Assembly (NCBI GenBank): GCA_965649765.1
Contig: OZ287759.1
Coordinates: forward strand, 36,022,001-36,086,000
DNA length: 64,000 nucleotides
DNA from: Bispira polyomma
Taxonomy: Eukaryota
Direction of reading: 5' to 3'
The notes beneath the pieces were generated by a model. It did no database searches. It saw only the letters and a list, made by a program, of their open reading frames with translations, and was not told where the DNA came from. A program made the translations under genes and the position numbers. Positions within the stretch are counted from its first letter, which is position 1, and each line of letters opens with the position of its first letter. This document shows, one piece after another, positions 25,361 to 37,705 of the stretch.

Positions 25361-25577
25361 CACAGTTTGGGTCATAATACACCGATCGGGTCATAATACT
25401 GGCCGACACATATTGCTTTACATAAAATGTTAATATATTTAAGTTATAATTTCATGTAGTGTAATTGGTATTCTTTAATTTTCTTAAATTTGTTTCCATG
25501 TAGTATTTCCATGGTTTGCTTCTTGAAAAATCACAACGGACAGTATTATGACCCAACCAGTATTATGAACCCCTGTG
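25361..25577. mobile_element. MITE with TA TSD and GGGTCATAATAC subterminal repeats
   Basis: TA|CACAG..GGGTCATAATAC x2 ... GTATTATGA x2..CTGTG|TA. Confidence 0.75.
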
Positions 25578-26396
25578 TAAAGTAAAAAATTATTTGACAT
25601 TTCTGCTTTCAATAATATCTCTAGTACATGTTCGAGCTTAGCATGTAATAGTCAATGTTCTATCATAATTATATTCTACAATTTCTACCATATGACATTG
25701 ATATTTAGTTGTTTTTCCCCTTAAAACTATCATTTCCAGAAACCGCCATGATATTAGTGTTTATACCAAACCATGCAAGTGCTCAAGTCAGGTTTGGCTC
25801 TGCTCTCAATTTTTGGTACCTATTCCACTCTTAGTATAAAACATACATTTACTTTGGGAGAAAAACATCCAGACTATATAATTTCTTGGGTGGATCTTGC
25901 CATGTAACTTTAAAGTGTAAAGAGGTTTAAAGTAGGTGTTATATTTGTTATAAATGCCATCTTGCCACAAGGTACACCAGATTATAAGAACCAATGTACA
26001 TGTACCATAATACATTTAATTATTTCAGTTGGTTATTGCTAGAAGTTTAACAGCGTTTTATTAGGTAAATTAGCCATAATTTTAATAACATTAAAATATC
26101 TGTGTTGTAAGCTTTAACGTGATACCTTATTTGTTAAAATCAAACAAGGAATAATGATTTTATTAAATAGACGTTAAATATTTATTCTTGTTGATGTCAA
26201 AATGGCCACGCCAAGTAGACACCAATACAAATATATGAGGATGTCAAAACAGCTCCCCCTAGGCGATTTGAAACGGCGAGGGTGTCGAAATGGCCCTCAA
26301 CAGAATTACTGAACCAAAAAATATAAAATTTTGTAGGTGGCTTACAGAGCACAGGCCATCAAAGAAAATTGATTCGTTAAATGTTATTTTTTAATA

Positions 26397-26570
26397 CAGT
26401 AGACTGTGTATAACTAGAACCTCCAATATCCACAGGATTTGGTTCTGGTTATAGCAAACTTCCACTTATACCTACAAAAATACAGCATTTTCTGATGTTG
26501 GGACCTCAAAACTGGTCCTATTTATACATAAATTCGACTTACACCGGTTCTACTTATACAAAGTCTACTG
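26397..26570. mobile_element. Tc1/mariner-type MITE
   Basis: TA|CAGTAGACT..AGTCTACTG|TA. Confidence 0.75.
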
Positions 26571-26709
26571 TATCCCCAAGATTGTAGTGAAATTTTACTA
26601 GATATATGATGAAATAAGGTCATGGTGATTTTTTGTAAGAAAAATTTCCAAAACTGAATGTTGCAGTAATTGGAAAATTGTATTTGATATAAAATATATA
26701 CATGTATAC

Positions 26710-27083
26710 TAGTGGGTAAATCGTTTGGGTTGGTGGATATCGATATCAAAATTAAAATAACTTCAATATCGGCCGATATCGGGAGGTAACAAAAAGTATG
26801 AGAACAAACTGGAACGTATCTTGAAAAAAAATATCTGCCTGATTAAAAACGGAAGTGAGAACCGCTAGATATTTTTACAAGTAAAAATGGATGTAAAATG
26901 GTTATAATTCATTGTTTAAAAGGTAATAACCATAAAATATCATTCAAATGGTTGAATAAACGTTGTCCCAAGGTGTAATAAGTGTAATTTATGATATCGA
27001 TGTGTTGTTATTATACATCCATATCGGCACGCCAAAGCCCAAACAATAAATATTGCCGATATCGATAAACAATTTACCCACTA
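26710..27083. mobile_element. hAT-type MITE
   Basis: TAGTGGGTAAAT..ATTTACCCACTA with 8-bp TSD ATGTATAC/ATGTAAAC and CGATAT subrepeats. Confidence 0.85.
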
Positions 27084-27971
27084 ATGTAAACTTAATATTA
27101 CAAAATATGATTATGTTGTAACTTGTTGATGCATTCTTGTTTAATCCTATTTGTTCTGCGGTTGATGTATCAAATGTCAAGAGGTAGTTTTATCATGAAT
27201 CCTTTTTTGTATAAGGTAATTGCTCAGTATTATGTGTACATTTTATTTATTCTCCTATCTTGATTTTATTTTATTGAATGTAATATTTGTATTTTTGAGT
27301 TTTGTGACAGCATATCAGAATTTTTTAAGTTGAATACTTTTGAGTCGATTTCTCTTTTTTATGTGGAAAAAAAATATGCATGCAGTCCTACAAAGGGCAT
27401 TTTGATTTTAAATCTTTAAAATCTGCCCGGTTTAATGGAAACCCTGCTTAAGTAAAGATATTTCTCTTAAGGTTCGACTTTAAGTGCAGTCCTACGAATG
27501 GTATATTGATTTTAAATCTTTTAAATCTAGCCTGTTAAGTGGAAACTGTGCTTAAATGGAGTTATTTCTCCTGTTCGCTTGAGGTTCGACATAAAGGGGG
27601 TTTCATACTCTACATGTATATATTAGGGGCAATCTCTTGAATATTATTTTCTGATAGGATCATTCTAAATACGGTTTACTAGTGTTTTTTCTCTAATTAT
27701 CAAAGTATTTTTCTTACTCTTTCTGTTCTAATGGGAATCTATCTGTATTTAATCTAGTCATAAATTGTATAATAATCTAACAAAAAGTCCTTAATATTTT
27801 GATCTGTGTGATATCTATCATCTATGTTGAAGTCAATTTTAATTTTCTTGATTTTTTTTTACAGGAATCATAATTCTTGGCATAATTAAGTGATTCTCCA
27901 AGCGATCTCAAGCTCCAAGTTGGACTGCAACTTTGTGGTCTCTGTATCTTTAGCTAGAGTGAAATTAAGTA

Positions 27972-28520
27972 ACATTTGAATATTCAGAGTAATATTTGAA
28001 TTCAGCACTTTTTAGTGCTAATAATATGAATGTTTACAAGTTGTACTTTATTTTTAATTGCATATCTGACTGCATATTTGAATTCAGCGCTGATATCGCT
28101 AATAATATGAATGTTTACAAGTTGTACTTTATTTTCAAATGCATATCTGACTGCATATTTGGATTCAGCGCTTATCTCGCTAATAAAATGAATGTTTACA
28201 AGTTGTAGGTTATTTTCAAGTGCATATCTGACTGCATATTTGAATTCAGCGCTTTTAGCACTATTAATATAATTGTTTACAAGTTATTGGTTATTTTTAA
28301 TTCATATTTGAATTTAAGGCTATTAATATGAATGTTTACAAGTTATATTTTATTTTCAAATGCATATCTAACTGCATATTTGAATTCAGCGCTAATATCG
28401 CTAATAAAATGAATGTTTACAAGTTGTAGGTTATTTTCAAGTACATATCTGACTGCATATTTGAATATAGCGCTGAAAGCTCTATTAATATGAATGGTTA
28501 CAAGTTATGGGTTATTTTTA
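27972..28520. repeat. tandem array of an ~80-bp unit, about 7 copies
   Basis: Recurring CATATTTGAATTCAGCGC..ATGAATGTTTACAAGTT..TGCATATCTGACTG. Confidence 0.92.
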
Positions 28521-29949
28521 ATTACAAATGGCTTTATTATAGTCTTCATTTAAGTCTTAAGTTTAAACTCAAGTTTCTTAGGAGAATAATGCGTCCTGAT
28601 ATGATACTAAATGTCTGATGTTTGTTGGTACATTTCAATTTGGCAGAGAGCAGGAAATTTTAAGTGAAATTTTTTTATCGGGAATGATGATCTTGGAAAG
28701 TAATAATAAATTCTCAGTGAAAATTTAAATCAACCTAACTGACACTGATAATTAATTCCAGTGAAAATGTTAGTAATGAGTTTTGAATTTTTATTCTATT
28801 ACTACAGAGTAACAGGTTTTGACAGACATTTACTTTAAATAGATTCCAAAGTTCACGGGGGAAACTTATAAATCTAAAATATTTGGTAAAAGTTTAGATA
28901 TTTTATCGAAGATATAGTAACAAAAAACTTTCATTTTACAGAGTTACAAATGTTTCATTACATTTATCTAATTAGATTGTATATCTGGACTGTTATTCAC
29001 AAATATATTTTAATTCCTTAATTTTGTCTTAAGTAACTTTGATTGGCTGAAAATATAATCTTTCAAAGAATCAAACTGGCTGGGAGTACCTAAATTCCAA
29101 CAATTGCATTTTAAGAGTAATTGTTAATTAGGACCCCTTGTACTTCTAACTATCATGTATAATACCTTGCATGGCTCCTGTTTTATTGTCCTGTCACTGT
29201 GAAATGTGTGTCTCTGTAACAGTTAGTGTATAACCCTATTGAGACACCTACTAACAGTTACTAAATTACTATGAATAGTCAAAATAATGACAGTTGAATA
29301 AATTAAAAAAATTTACTCATAAATTGTATTTTTTATAATTTGTCACCGAGGAGGTGGGTGTCAGCAGGAAGGTAACGTAGACCTCTTTCTACAATAAAAA
29401 TTATTGTTATTAGTGCTGCCAGTGGTTTTCCCGAGTACCTGTGAAGGACAAAGGGTTGTTAGTGTATAAGATGGTAAAGAGTGTTACTCTACTCACCACT
29501 TATTCTGGCTTGAGTTGTGGTTTCTGTGAGGTTGTTACCTAGGGTCTGTGATGATCTTCTCTGCCAATGAGATGAATCTGAAAGTAAGTAAGAAACTATT
29601 AGTTGTCTAAATAAGGATACCACACTTTATTATGGTTTCTTCTTTCTTCAGAAGATGTACCTGAAAAAAGGGGTAAAGGCCTAATAATTGTATAAATAGG
29701 GTTACCATGTTATTGTCGCCAATGTTACATAATATTCACAGACATGTTAATAGATAATAGACAATCACTAATATACTGGTTTATTAGCAATACAATCATT
29801 AGTTGGACTATATGTTTTAATAGTGCTGATTGTGTTACCATTAGTCTATATCAATATTATTGATGAATGACAACTCACCCTGTTTGGGTTATGGTGAGTC
29901 TGTTGCCAGACTAGTTTACCAGTCCGGTCGTATCCCCCCCCCGTTTGTT

Positions 29950-30700
29950 GCAGGAGGGTCTGTAGGTGTCCTTCCTAATTTCGGCTGCTTTTTCCATATA
30001 AATCAGTAATGATCTGACCGGGCATAACGTTCTGTCAGTGGTCAGATTTCGATCCAGTGAGGGAGTGAGAGACGGGATGATAACCGGGGTGATGCATTCC
30101 GGTCCTTCCTTCTCTAACTGTTTTTTAGCAAAAAAACTTGGTGAGACCGCAACAGATATCTTTTCCCAGTGGCCTAGATTTCTGGTAAACGTTTTGATCC
30201 AGGCTTGTATTTCACTGCGTCTTTTTCCCGATGCAAGAGCCATGAGATAAACGGTTTTGTAAGTGATGTATTTTAGTTCTGCCGCGCGCATGGGCTGAAA
30301 TGGTGGTTTAGTAAGTTGATGTAATACTACCGATAAGTTCCACTTAGGTAATGTTTGTGAGCTTTTTGGACAATCACTGTGAAAACTTGTCAAAAGTTGA
30401 CTGAGATCTTGATTGTGGCTGATATCTTGTGAGGTCCCTTAAGTATCTGCTATTGCTGTTCTGTACCCTTCGATTGTACAGGGTCTAAGATTTTTCTCGT
30501 TAAAGCGGAACATGAGGAAGTTGGCTATCTTGGCTATAGATGGTTTTGTGACGTCCACCTGCTCTTCCTGACACCATCGCTGAAATACGGTCCACTTTGA
30601 CTTGCAAACTGATCTTGTTGATAGTCTCTGTGGTTCAGCAATTCTTTCTGCCACTGATGCCGTAAACCATTGTTTCTGTAGATTGGTGCTCCTAGAGACC
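29950..30700 (-). pseudogene. DIRS tyrosine recombinase, C-terminally truncated
   Basis: TIEGYRTAI, PKWNLSVVL, ALASGKRRSEI, LCPVRSL. The catalytic H-x-x-R..Y part is missing. Confidence 0.88.
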
Positions 30701-30889
30701 ACGCGTGTAGGTTCAGAGAGGCTGGGTCTTGATGGAAGTTTTGAGATAGTGACTGTTTTAATAGCCTTCTGTGCAGAGGAATGAGTGGAGGTATTTCCTG
30801 TGACAGTTCTATTAGGTCCCCGAACCAGGACATGTCTGGCCAACCTGGGGCTATTAGAATTACTCAACAATTGTAAGTCCTTATCTTTT

Positions 30890-31110
30890 GGATTACTTTT
30901 GGTATTAAGATTGTTGGGGGGAAAACAATACAGGCTCAGATTTTCCCATGATATGTTGAGGGCGTCCACTGCCCAGGCTGCTGGATCTGGAAGTGGCGAC
31001 ACGTAAAGTGGTAGTTTGAAGTTGTGGCTTGTGGCAAACATGTCGATATGAGGAGTTTTCTGAATGTGTGAGGACACAGGGACCATTCCGTCTGAGTGAT
31101 CTGATGTCAT
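30890..31110 (-). pseudogene. DIRS-associated DNA adenine methyltransferase-like domain
   Basis: PHIDMFAT..LYVSP..AVDAL..W..LYCFPP matches the DLFA..YAFPP pattern of the DIRS MT domain. Confidence 0.8.
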
Positions 31111-32511
31111 CGAGACAGGGTGTCGGCAATAACGTTCAAATGACCGGCTATGTGGCGGGCTCTGAGAGACGCTTGGTTGGAGTTACACCACGTGGTTATT
31201 CGCCATATCAGGGCACATATCTCGAGGGAGTGTGTGCCGCCTTGTTTGTTTATGTAAGCCACGACCGAGGTATTGTCTGTTGAAACTAGTACTCGCTGTC
31301 CCTTGCATTGCTGTTAGAAGTGTAACAATGCCCAATACACTGCTTTTAGTTCCAATACATTGATGTGTAAGAGTTGTTCGACCTTTGACCATTGACCTCC
31401 TATTGTACCTTGATTTAAGTGTGCACCCCAGCCGACATTTGAGGCGTCTGTAAACATGAGCACGTTGTGTTCCTTGGGGTGTAAGGAGTCTCCTGTAATA
31501 AGTTCTTCTTGGTCGACCACCAGTGAAGGTGAGGTTTTACGGAGTGGTCTATAGGGATTGATTTCTCTAAAAACTCAGGTGTCCTCCTTTTGGTTTTTGA
31601 GGTGCCACTGTAAGGGGCGTAGTTAAAGTCTCCCTCCGGAGGTGAGTTTTTCCGCTGATGCGAGGATGCCTATTAGAGACATCCATGATCTCACTGAGCT
31701 GTGGTTGCACTGTAATATAGACCGGGTTGTGTCTACAATTTTTGACATCTGTCCGGTGTCAGAGTGACTGTCGCTTCCTTGAGGTGAATGATAGCCGACA
31801 AATTCAAAGTCCTGGCTTGGTGAGAGTTCTGATTGTTCTCTGTTTATAATTAAACCTAATCGAGTGACCAGTTCTATGATCGTTTGTGTGTATTCGTGGC
31901 AAAGCTGTGCTGATGGGGCCCTTATCAGCCAGTCGTCCAGGTACTGATGTAGTCTGATTCCGAGTCTTAATGCCATTAGTTTCACTTCTTTTGCCATTAA
32001 AGTAAATTTGTGTGGTGCCGTGGCTAGGCCAAGCGGTAGTGCTCAAACTGGTAAGATATTTTCCTGTGATGAAATCTGAGGAATTTCCGTCACCTTTGAT
32101 GTATTGGTATGTGTAGATATGCATCTGTTAGGTCTAGTTCTTCTGAAGATATGACCGGATTGATTCGGCTGTCTCCATTTTGTAATGTTTGACCTTCAGG
32201 AAACGGTTTAGAAGGCTGAGGTCTTTTACCGGTCACCAACGATTACCTGGCTTTGGCACCAGAAAGAGTCGGCTGTAGAAACGTATAGAACACGCGTTTG
32301 AAACTGCTGTTATGGCTTTCTTCTTGAACCGTTCTTGGACACAGTTGTGTAGAGCACAGTCTCTTTGTTGACCTTGATAGCCGCTCACTACAATTGGTGT
32401 GCGTGCTAGGAGAGGTTGGTTTTGGAAAGGTAGCTGGTTTCTGTTCTGTAAAATTTGGACTTCTTGATCTAGGGTCCCGTTGACTAGCCATTCTTTCCAA
32501 AAAATTAGCAA
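31110..32511 (-). pseudogene. DIRS reverse transcriptase / RNase H, frameshifted
   Basis: FYSRLFLVPKPGNRW, HQYLDDWLI, MFTDASNVGWGAHL, HINVLELKAV. Confidence 0.92.
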
Positions 32512-32872
32512 ACGCGCCCCAACCTTGGGAGCTTTAGAGTGTCATTGACGTTTTCCACCTCGCCCCCTAGAGAAGGGCTTCTTGAAGTTTCCTCCTCCTC
32601 TGGGTTTATATTGGTGGTGTTGTTTGTTGGAGTAATTTTGTTGGTTATCTCCTTTCTGGTAATGTTGTCTTCCCCCACCACGCCGATACTGTTGATTCTT
32701 GCCCCGTGAGGAGCTAGAGAAAGAGTAGGGGGTATGCCTGTAGGATCCTCTGTAGGATCCTGTGGTGGATGTATTGGATGATGGCTTGTGGGAGCCTTCT
32801 CCGCGTCTGCTTGGTGTTGTATACCTTTTGTCTGATTTAATGGCCTCGTGGGCCTTTTCGACAATTGACTCC

Positions 32873-35010
32873 TCAAAAAGATCTGGTCCCTGGAAACTTG
32901 AAGCTCTTAAATCTGATTTGAGGTGTGTAGGGACAAATGGATGTGGTCTCGTCTGAGTAAAATGGCATTTCCAATGTTATACATGATATCCATGATATCA
33001 AATGGCCCAATACTTTTGATAAACTAACCATGGTCCGTCTGGCTACAGCAACGTTCTCATCTTTGGTGGCAGTATCGGCCTGTGCTTTAATGAGGGCTAT
33101 TTCGGTTGCTCTCGTGAAGTGGGAGGAATGATTGAGGCTACACAGCCATTCCTTGTATCTGCCCTCCATCTGTTTCATCTGTTTTTGTGAAACCGAACAC
33201 AGGGGAGACTGTTTTGGATTCATCTGCTCTATTCCCCTGAAGCTGTCTTTAAGGCTCTGTGGGGTAACCGACCAGGTGGGTTTTAGTAGAGGGTAATAAT
33301 TGATATCCGATTTTGGTAATTTTAGTAACTCCCCCTGTTGCATCTTCCGTTGATCGCCTAGGGTCTGGACTGTGGTCGTGGCTGCTAAGGCGTCCCATTT
33401 ATTCTTTAGATTCAAGCAGGGTAGTTTCATTGAGGAGGGAGCCTTCAGCGAGTCTGAGCGTGCTGCTTCAAGATCCCTAAACGTTAGGTCCGCCAGGGTT
33501 ACTTTTAGAGGTTTGGGTGGCTCCTCAATGTTTAATATCTTTCGAACTAGTGTTTCTAGGTAGGTAGGTTGGAAAATAATCTAGATCATCCCGAGATGTA
33601 CCCGCTGATGATTCGTCGTCTGTCCAATGTTGGCTTTCTGAATCTTTTTTGGTTGTTTTTGATGCTTTAGAGATGGCCTTTGCTCTTTCCAAGGCTTCTT
33701 CAAAAGGGGACTCAGTTTCCTCCAATTCACCCTGTTCCAACTCAGTATCTCTCTCTGGGGAATGGTCTTGTTTAGAAGATTTGCTCCTAGAATGGCTCTT
33801 ATAGTGTTTTTTACGAGGAGTCGGTTCTTCTTCTGAGGAAGAGAAAGAGTCTCATTCTGGAGAAGGAGTATGTTTTACTTTGTGTTTGTCTCTGCGATCT
33901 TTCTTATTTCTATGTCTCTTAGACTCATAATGTTTTTCCTCTGTTTCATACCGGGGTTCCCGGTATCCCCTGGTGAACTCAGGTTCAGCATCATCAGAGA
34001 TTGTTCTTGATCTATGGGATCTTTTGTCGGACCGGTCCTCTCTGGACTGGGAGCAAGATCGTTTCTTGTGTGAATTTTGTTCTCTCCTTGTTTGACCAGT
34101 CTTTGGTGCCGGTTCCCGGTTCTTGTCGGACCAGTGTTTGACGCTTTTCTTCAGCGCCGGTAAGGGCTCAGTCTTATCAGCTGTGTCATTTGCCGGTTCC
34201 AGTTTGCTGATAGTTAACGGTCTGCTGGTAGTTACCGTTTTGCTGGCAGTTACCGGTTTGCTGGTGGTTACCGGTTTACTGGTTACCGGTTTAGGTTTTG
34301 CTAGTCCAGCTTTTTCTCCATCCTGTGTTGGTGCTGGTTTGGGAGTATCTTCCGGATTGGTAGCCGGAGTATTAATGACCGGTGGGGGTCTGTCTGTCTT
34401 CTGTTTCAAGGCTTGTAACTCCTTCAACACTTCTTGCAAAACCATTGTCGATTGGAGTGAAGTTTGTTGTATTTCAGACATTTTCTAATCAGATTCAATT
34501 TGTAATCTGGTCATTCCAGCTTTAACCTCGTCTCTCAAGTTGTGTACTTGAGAAACCGGCGTTGGGGGTATAGTAGATGTACCCGGGATTTGCTGTAGGA
34601 CCTCTACCGCTGTACGGTCTACAAAGTCAAACCTCTGGACATTTGGCGGGCTAGTAGGTTTGTTTATTTGAGGGATCTTTGTTATGCCCTCATCAGGCCC
34701 CAGGAGTAGAGATTCTTGTTAGTCAGTTACCTCTTGACCCGGGGCAGTACCGGTCGAGGCCAGTGAATCCAGTAAACACTCATCTTGTTTTCTGTCTCTC
34801 CTTTCTTTGCGTTCTTTTCTCTGTTTGTAAGTAACGCGAGTTTCCAATTTTCTTTCTGTTCTTCTGTCATTTTTTCACAATGGTTACATTTTGAAGCACC
34901 CTTAGCACACGGGTCTTCCCCTTTGTGGTCCTCCCTGCACGTGGGTCACCACTCGTAAGCATCCCAATGGGCATATAAATGTCCAAATTTTCTCCTTTTC
35001 TGAGCCAGTT
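32873..35010 (-). pseudogene. DIRS gag-like ORF1, broken
   Basis: N-terminal Cys/His cluster (C..DHKGEDPC....C..C), then a low-complexity Pro/Thr/Lys/Ser region with (KPVTTS)n at 34215-34290. Several frameshifts. Confidence 0.7.
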
Positions 35011-35349
35011 TCTTTTTAGGGGACAGTACCCACACTAACACAACTATCAGAGAAACGAAAAGTGCTATGCCAATACAAGTAGGAGTTATCCATGTGCAAA
35101 GAATGACGAGTGCGCATCAACGCTGCGCAGATCTGACACAAGTAGGTGCGCAAGGGTACCTAGAGCGACCACCGTATCCCTCTTTTTTTTTCTTTAGAGC
35201 TCTAGACGTTCCGGGTAGGCGAGCCACCGGGAAGCACACGGTCACACTGGGTAAGTAATTGTATTGCAATAAAAATGTGTACACTATGTTTTTCCATGAC
35301 AGTAAAAGTAAACCGTTAAAAAATTACAATTCTTTATAAAAAAAGTAGA

Positions 35350-35504
35350 GTTTGTACTCTGTTCAAAGGATTTTTATTCCTTTTACAAAAATAATTTGGA
35401 TTTAAATCCTTTTGAAAATTAAAGGATTTTGATTTGGATTGGATTTGAAAAATTTGAAGGGATTTGGATTTAAATCCTTTTAGAAGGATTTGACTTCAAC
35501 CCTG
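35350..35504. mobile_element. one end of a hAT-like MITE with GGATTT repeats
   Basis: Many GGATTT(G/AAATCC) units ending in GACTTCAACCCTG. Confidence 0.5.
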
Positions 35505-36759
35505 TATCAATTTAAAACTAGTATTTGCCATGTGATTTTATTATTTAGCACTATTTTTTGACATCTTGGTTCAATATTTGCCTATGGTATTATGCACAAA
35601 AACATCAAAATATGTCCCACTATATCGATGCGAATACAATATAATCTAAAATAATCTACAATCTGACATCATATTTCAGTTCCTCGCTGGAAGGTCTATT
35701 AAAATGGATGGTAACAATGTCCAGATTATTCCCATCAAGAAAGAAATCTTATGTTTTTGATATTTGAGTTCAGATTTCAGACCTTTAATACCTAGTGGCT
35801 CAGTCATTTGTATGGATATTTTATGTATTTTTTATAAAGTTTTTAGTCAACATATTTATGTGTCTCTTTTGATGTTGATTTAAGAAGAACTTAACCCACT
35901 TAAATAGAGTGTTTTTAGTGGTCTTCACAAAAAAAGATAATCATTTAGAATATAAATGCTGTTGTTTACAACTTGGCAATCTGCCAGGAAGAAAAAGAAA
36001 TGACTGGAGGCTTACTGATAATGGCTCAATACAAATACCAGCATTTTACGACTAGACGAATTGAACTTCTAAAGTACATACGTTTTGTATAATTTCCTCA
36101 AGAAATAGGAGTATTTAGTTCCTTTTAGTTTTTGACACTAGTTTTGAATTATATTTCATCATATGTCATATGATATCGATAAGGTCTTTGTTTGCTCTAA
36201 TAGAAAATCAGTAGATATTTTATATCACTTTTTGGCGTTGATAGTTAAAACTCTAATAACAATCTTTTAAGTGGTTGAATTTCAATGGACTCATTTTTGT
36301 TGTAATGACCAGATATTTATTTATATTAAATAATAGATATTACTCTATGAAAACTATTTCATGGTATTTTTAATGATGAAAATGATAATAATACATATGT
36401 TTTAAGAACTGCACAAATAATTATCTAAATACTTTGTCAGCTAGTTAAAAAAGCCATTTAAATCCCTTAACCTTTTAGATTGTGCATTGGGTGGAAAAAT
36501 CATTTTCAAATACATAATCAAATGACCACATACCCTTTCAAACAAAAAATATTCAGTGTACACTGTCAACAATTTGTACAAAAACACAAAAAGATTTGTT
36601 TAGGTCTTGAGACTTATCTTTAGTATTCGGGACACTCTGCGAGTGAGGAATTACCAGCCGATAAGTCATTGTCACTTAGGCTACTCATAACCTTCCAATG
36701 AGTTCATTTTCCATCCAACGACTTGTTTATTCAATCTCCCCCCCCCCCCCCCCTTCAGC

Positions 36760-37705
36760 CGGGGATTAGACACAGATGATACACCAACACCAGCTGGATC
36801 TGAGTTGGACACTGTCCAAGGAGTTGTCAAGATGGAGTCTTCTATGACCATCACTTCGCCTGGAAGACTCTCCAAGCAGTCTTTTACATATGGGGCGTTA
36901 ACCTCTACCCCAGAATCTGAACCTTTCACAGACCTGAGAGACAAAATTGGTTGGATGGAGGATAGTATTTCAGGGTTTTTGAAAGGGGCCACCAAGCCGA
37001 AGACAGAGGGACTAAGTTTCTGAACTGGTTGGCTCTGGATGAAGAGAAACTTCCCGACCAATACTTTACCAAATTCAGAAGAGTAGCTTTGGTCCATTAT
37101 CTGGTCAGCAATCTGCAAAAGAGGGCTTCTACCTCCTATCAAATGACGCCACCTTTACCCCTCAGCAACAACAGCAACAAAGACATTTTGTGCAACACCA
37201 GCCACAGCTTAGATTACAGCCACCACAGCCTCCCCACACATCATTAGTATCATCACTTGAGAGGATTTGAATTGGCCACGGGGAACATTAGCTACCAGAG
37301 CATAGTCACTCCTAAGCCTTTCACACCTCTGTCAGACACTTGGCAGACAGACACAGACATAACCACGTTCACCAAAAACTTCCCAAAACAATGTCTAAGC
37401 TTTTGTTGTTTGTCCCCCATAAAAAAAAACAAAAAAAAAAACACCTTATGACAAGAAGTTAACTGTCCACAAATGGAAGAGACTCCCACACACTGTCAAA
37501 TCGCAGGATAAAATTACTGGTTACAGAAACTATCTGAAAACCTACCTTTTTAGACTGACCTACCGCTTCTTTGTCACCCTTCCCCTGGTGGATGCATTTT
37601 TGGTAATGATCTTTGCTTGCCCCTTGACTTTCCTTTTTTGCATATTAGCGCCTTATAGGATGTTCTCATCAATTTGACGCTATATAAATGATTTTGATGA
37701 TTATT
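36760..37705 (+). mobile_element. very degenerate, internally deleted L2 LINE
   Basis: Relics of the endonuclease (PT..G..LD, DH), a GS.LGP-like segment and LKTYLF. 3' AGCGCC..GACGCTATATAAAT end with an ATG/ATT tail abutting the Harbinger ORF. Confidence 0.6.

Larger units (their letters stand above)
29270..35340 (-). mobile_element. DIRS1-like tyrosine-recombinase retrotransposon, degenerate
   Basis: Gene order is gag, RT, RNase H, methyltransferase, YR. Short AT-rich inverted terminal similarity (AATTGTATTTTTT near 29323 vs AAAAAATTACAATT near 35318). Boundaries approximate. Confidence 0.9.

Noticed and set aside
27864-27960. Possible exon after a strong TTTTTTTTACAG acceptor
   Set aside because: There is no convincing donor or recognisable open frame.
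27972-28520. CRISPR-like appearance of regular repeats (also 51745-51905 and 63204-63330)
   Set aside because: The units repeat along their whole length with no unique spacers, there are no cas genes, and the context is eukaryotic.
33852-34481. Mucin-like or SR-like host gene
   Set aside because: It lies in the gag position of the DIRS element and is flanked by frameshifted gag fragments.
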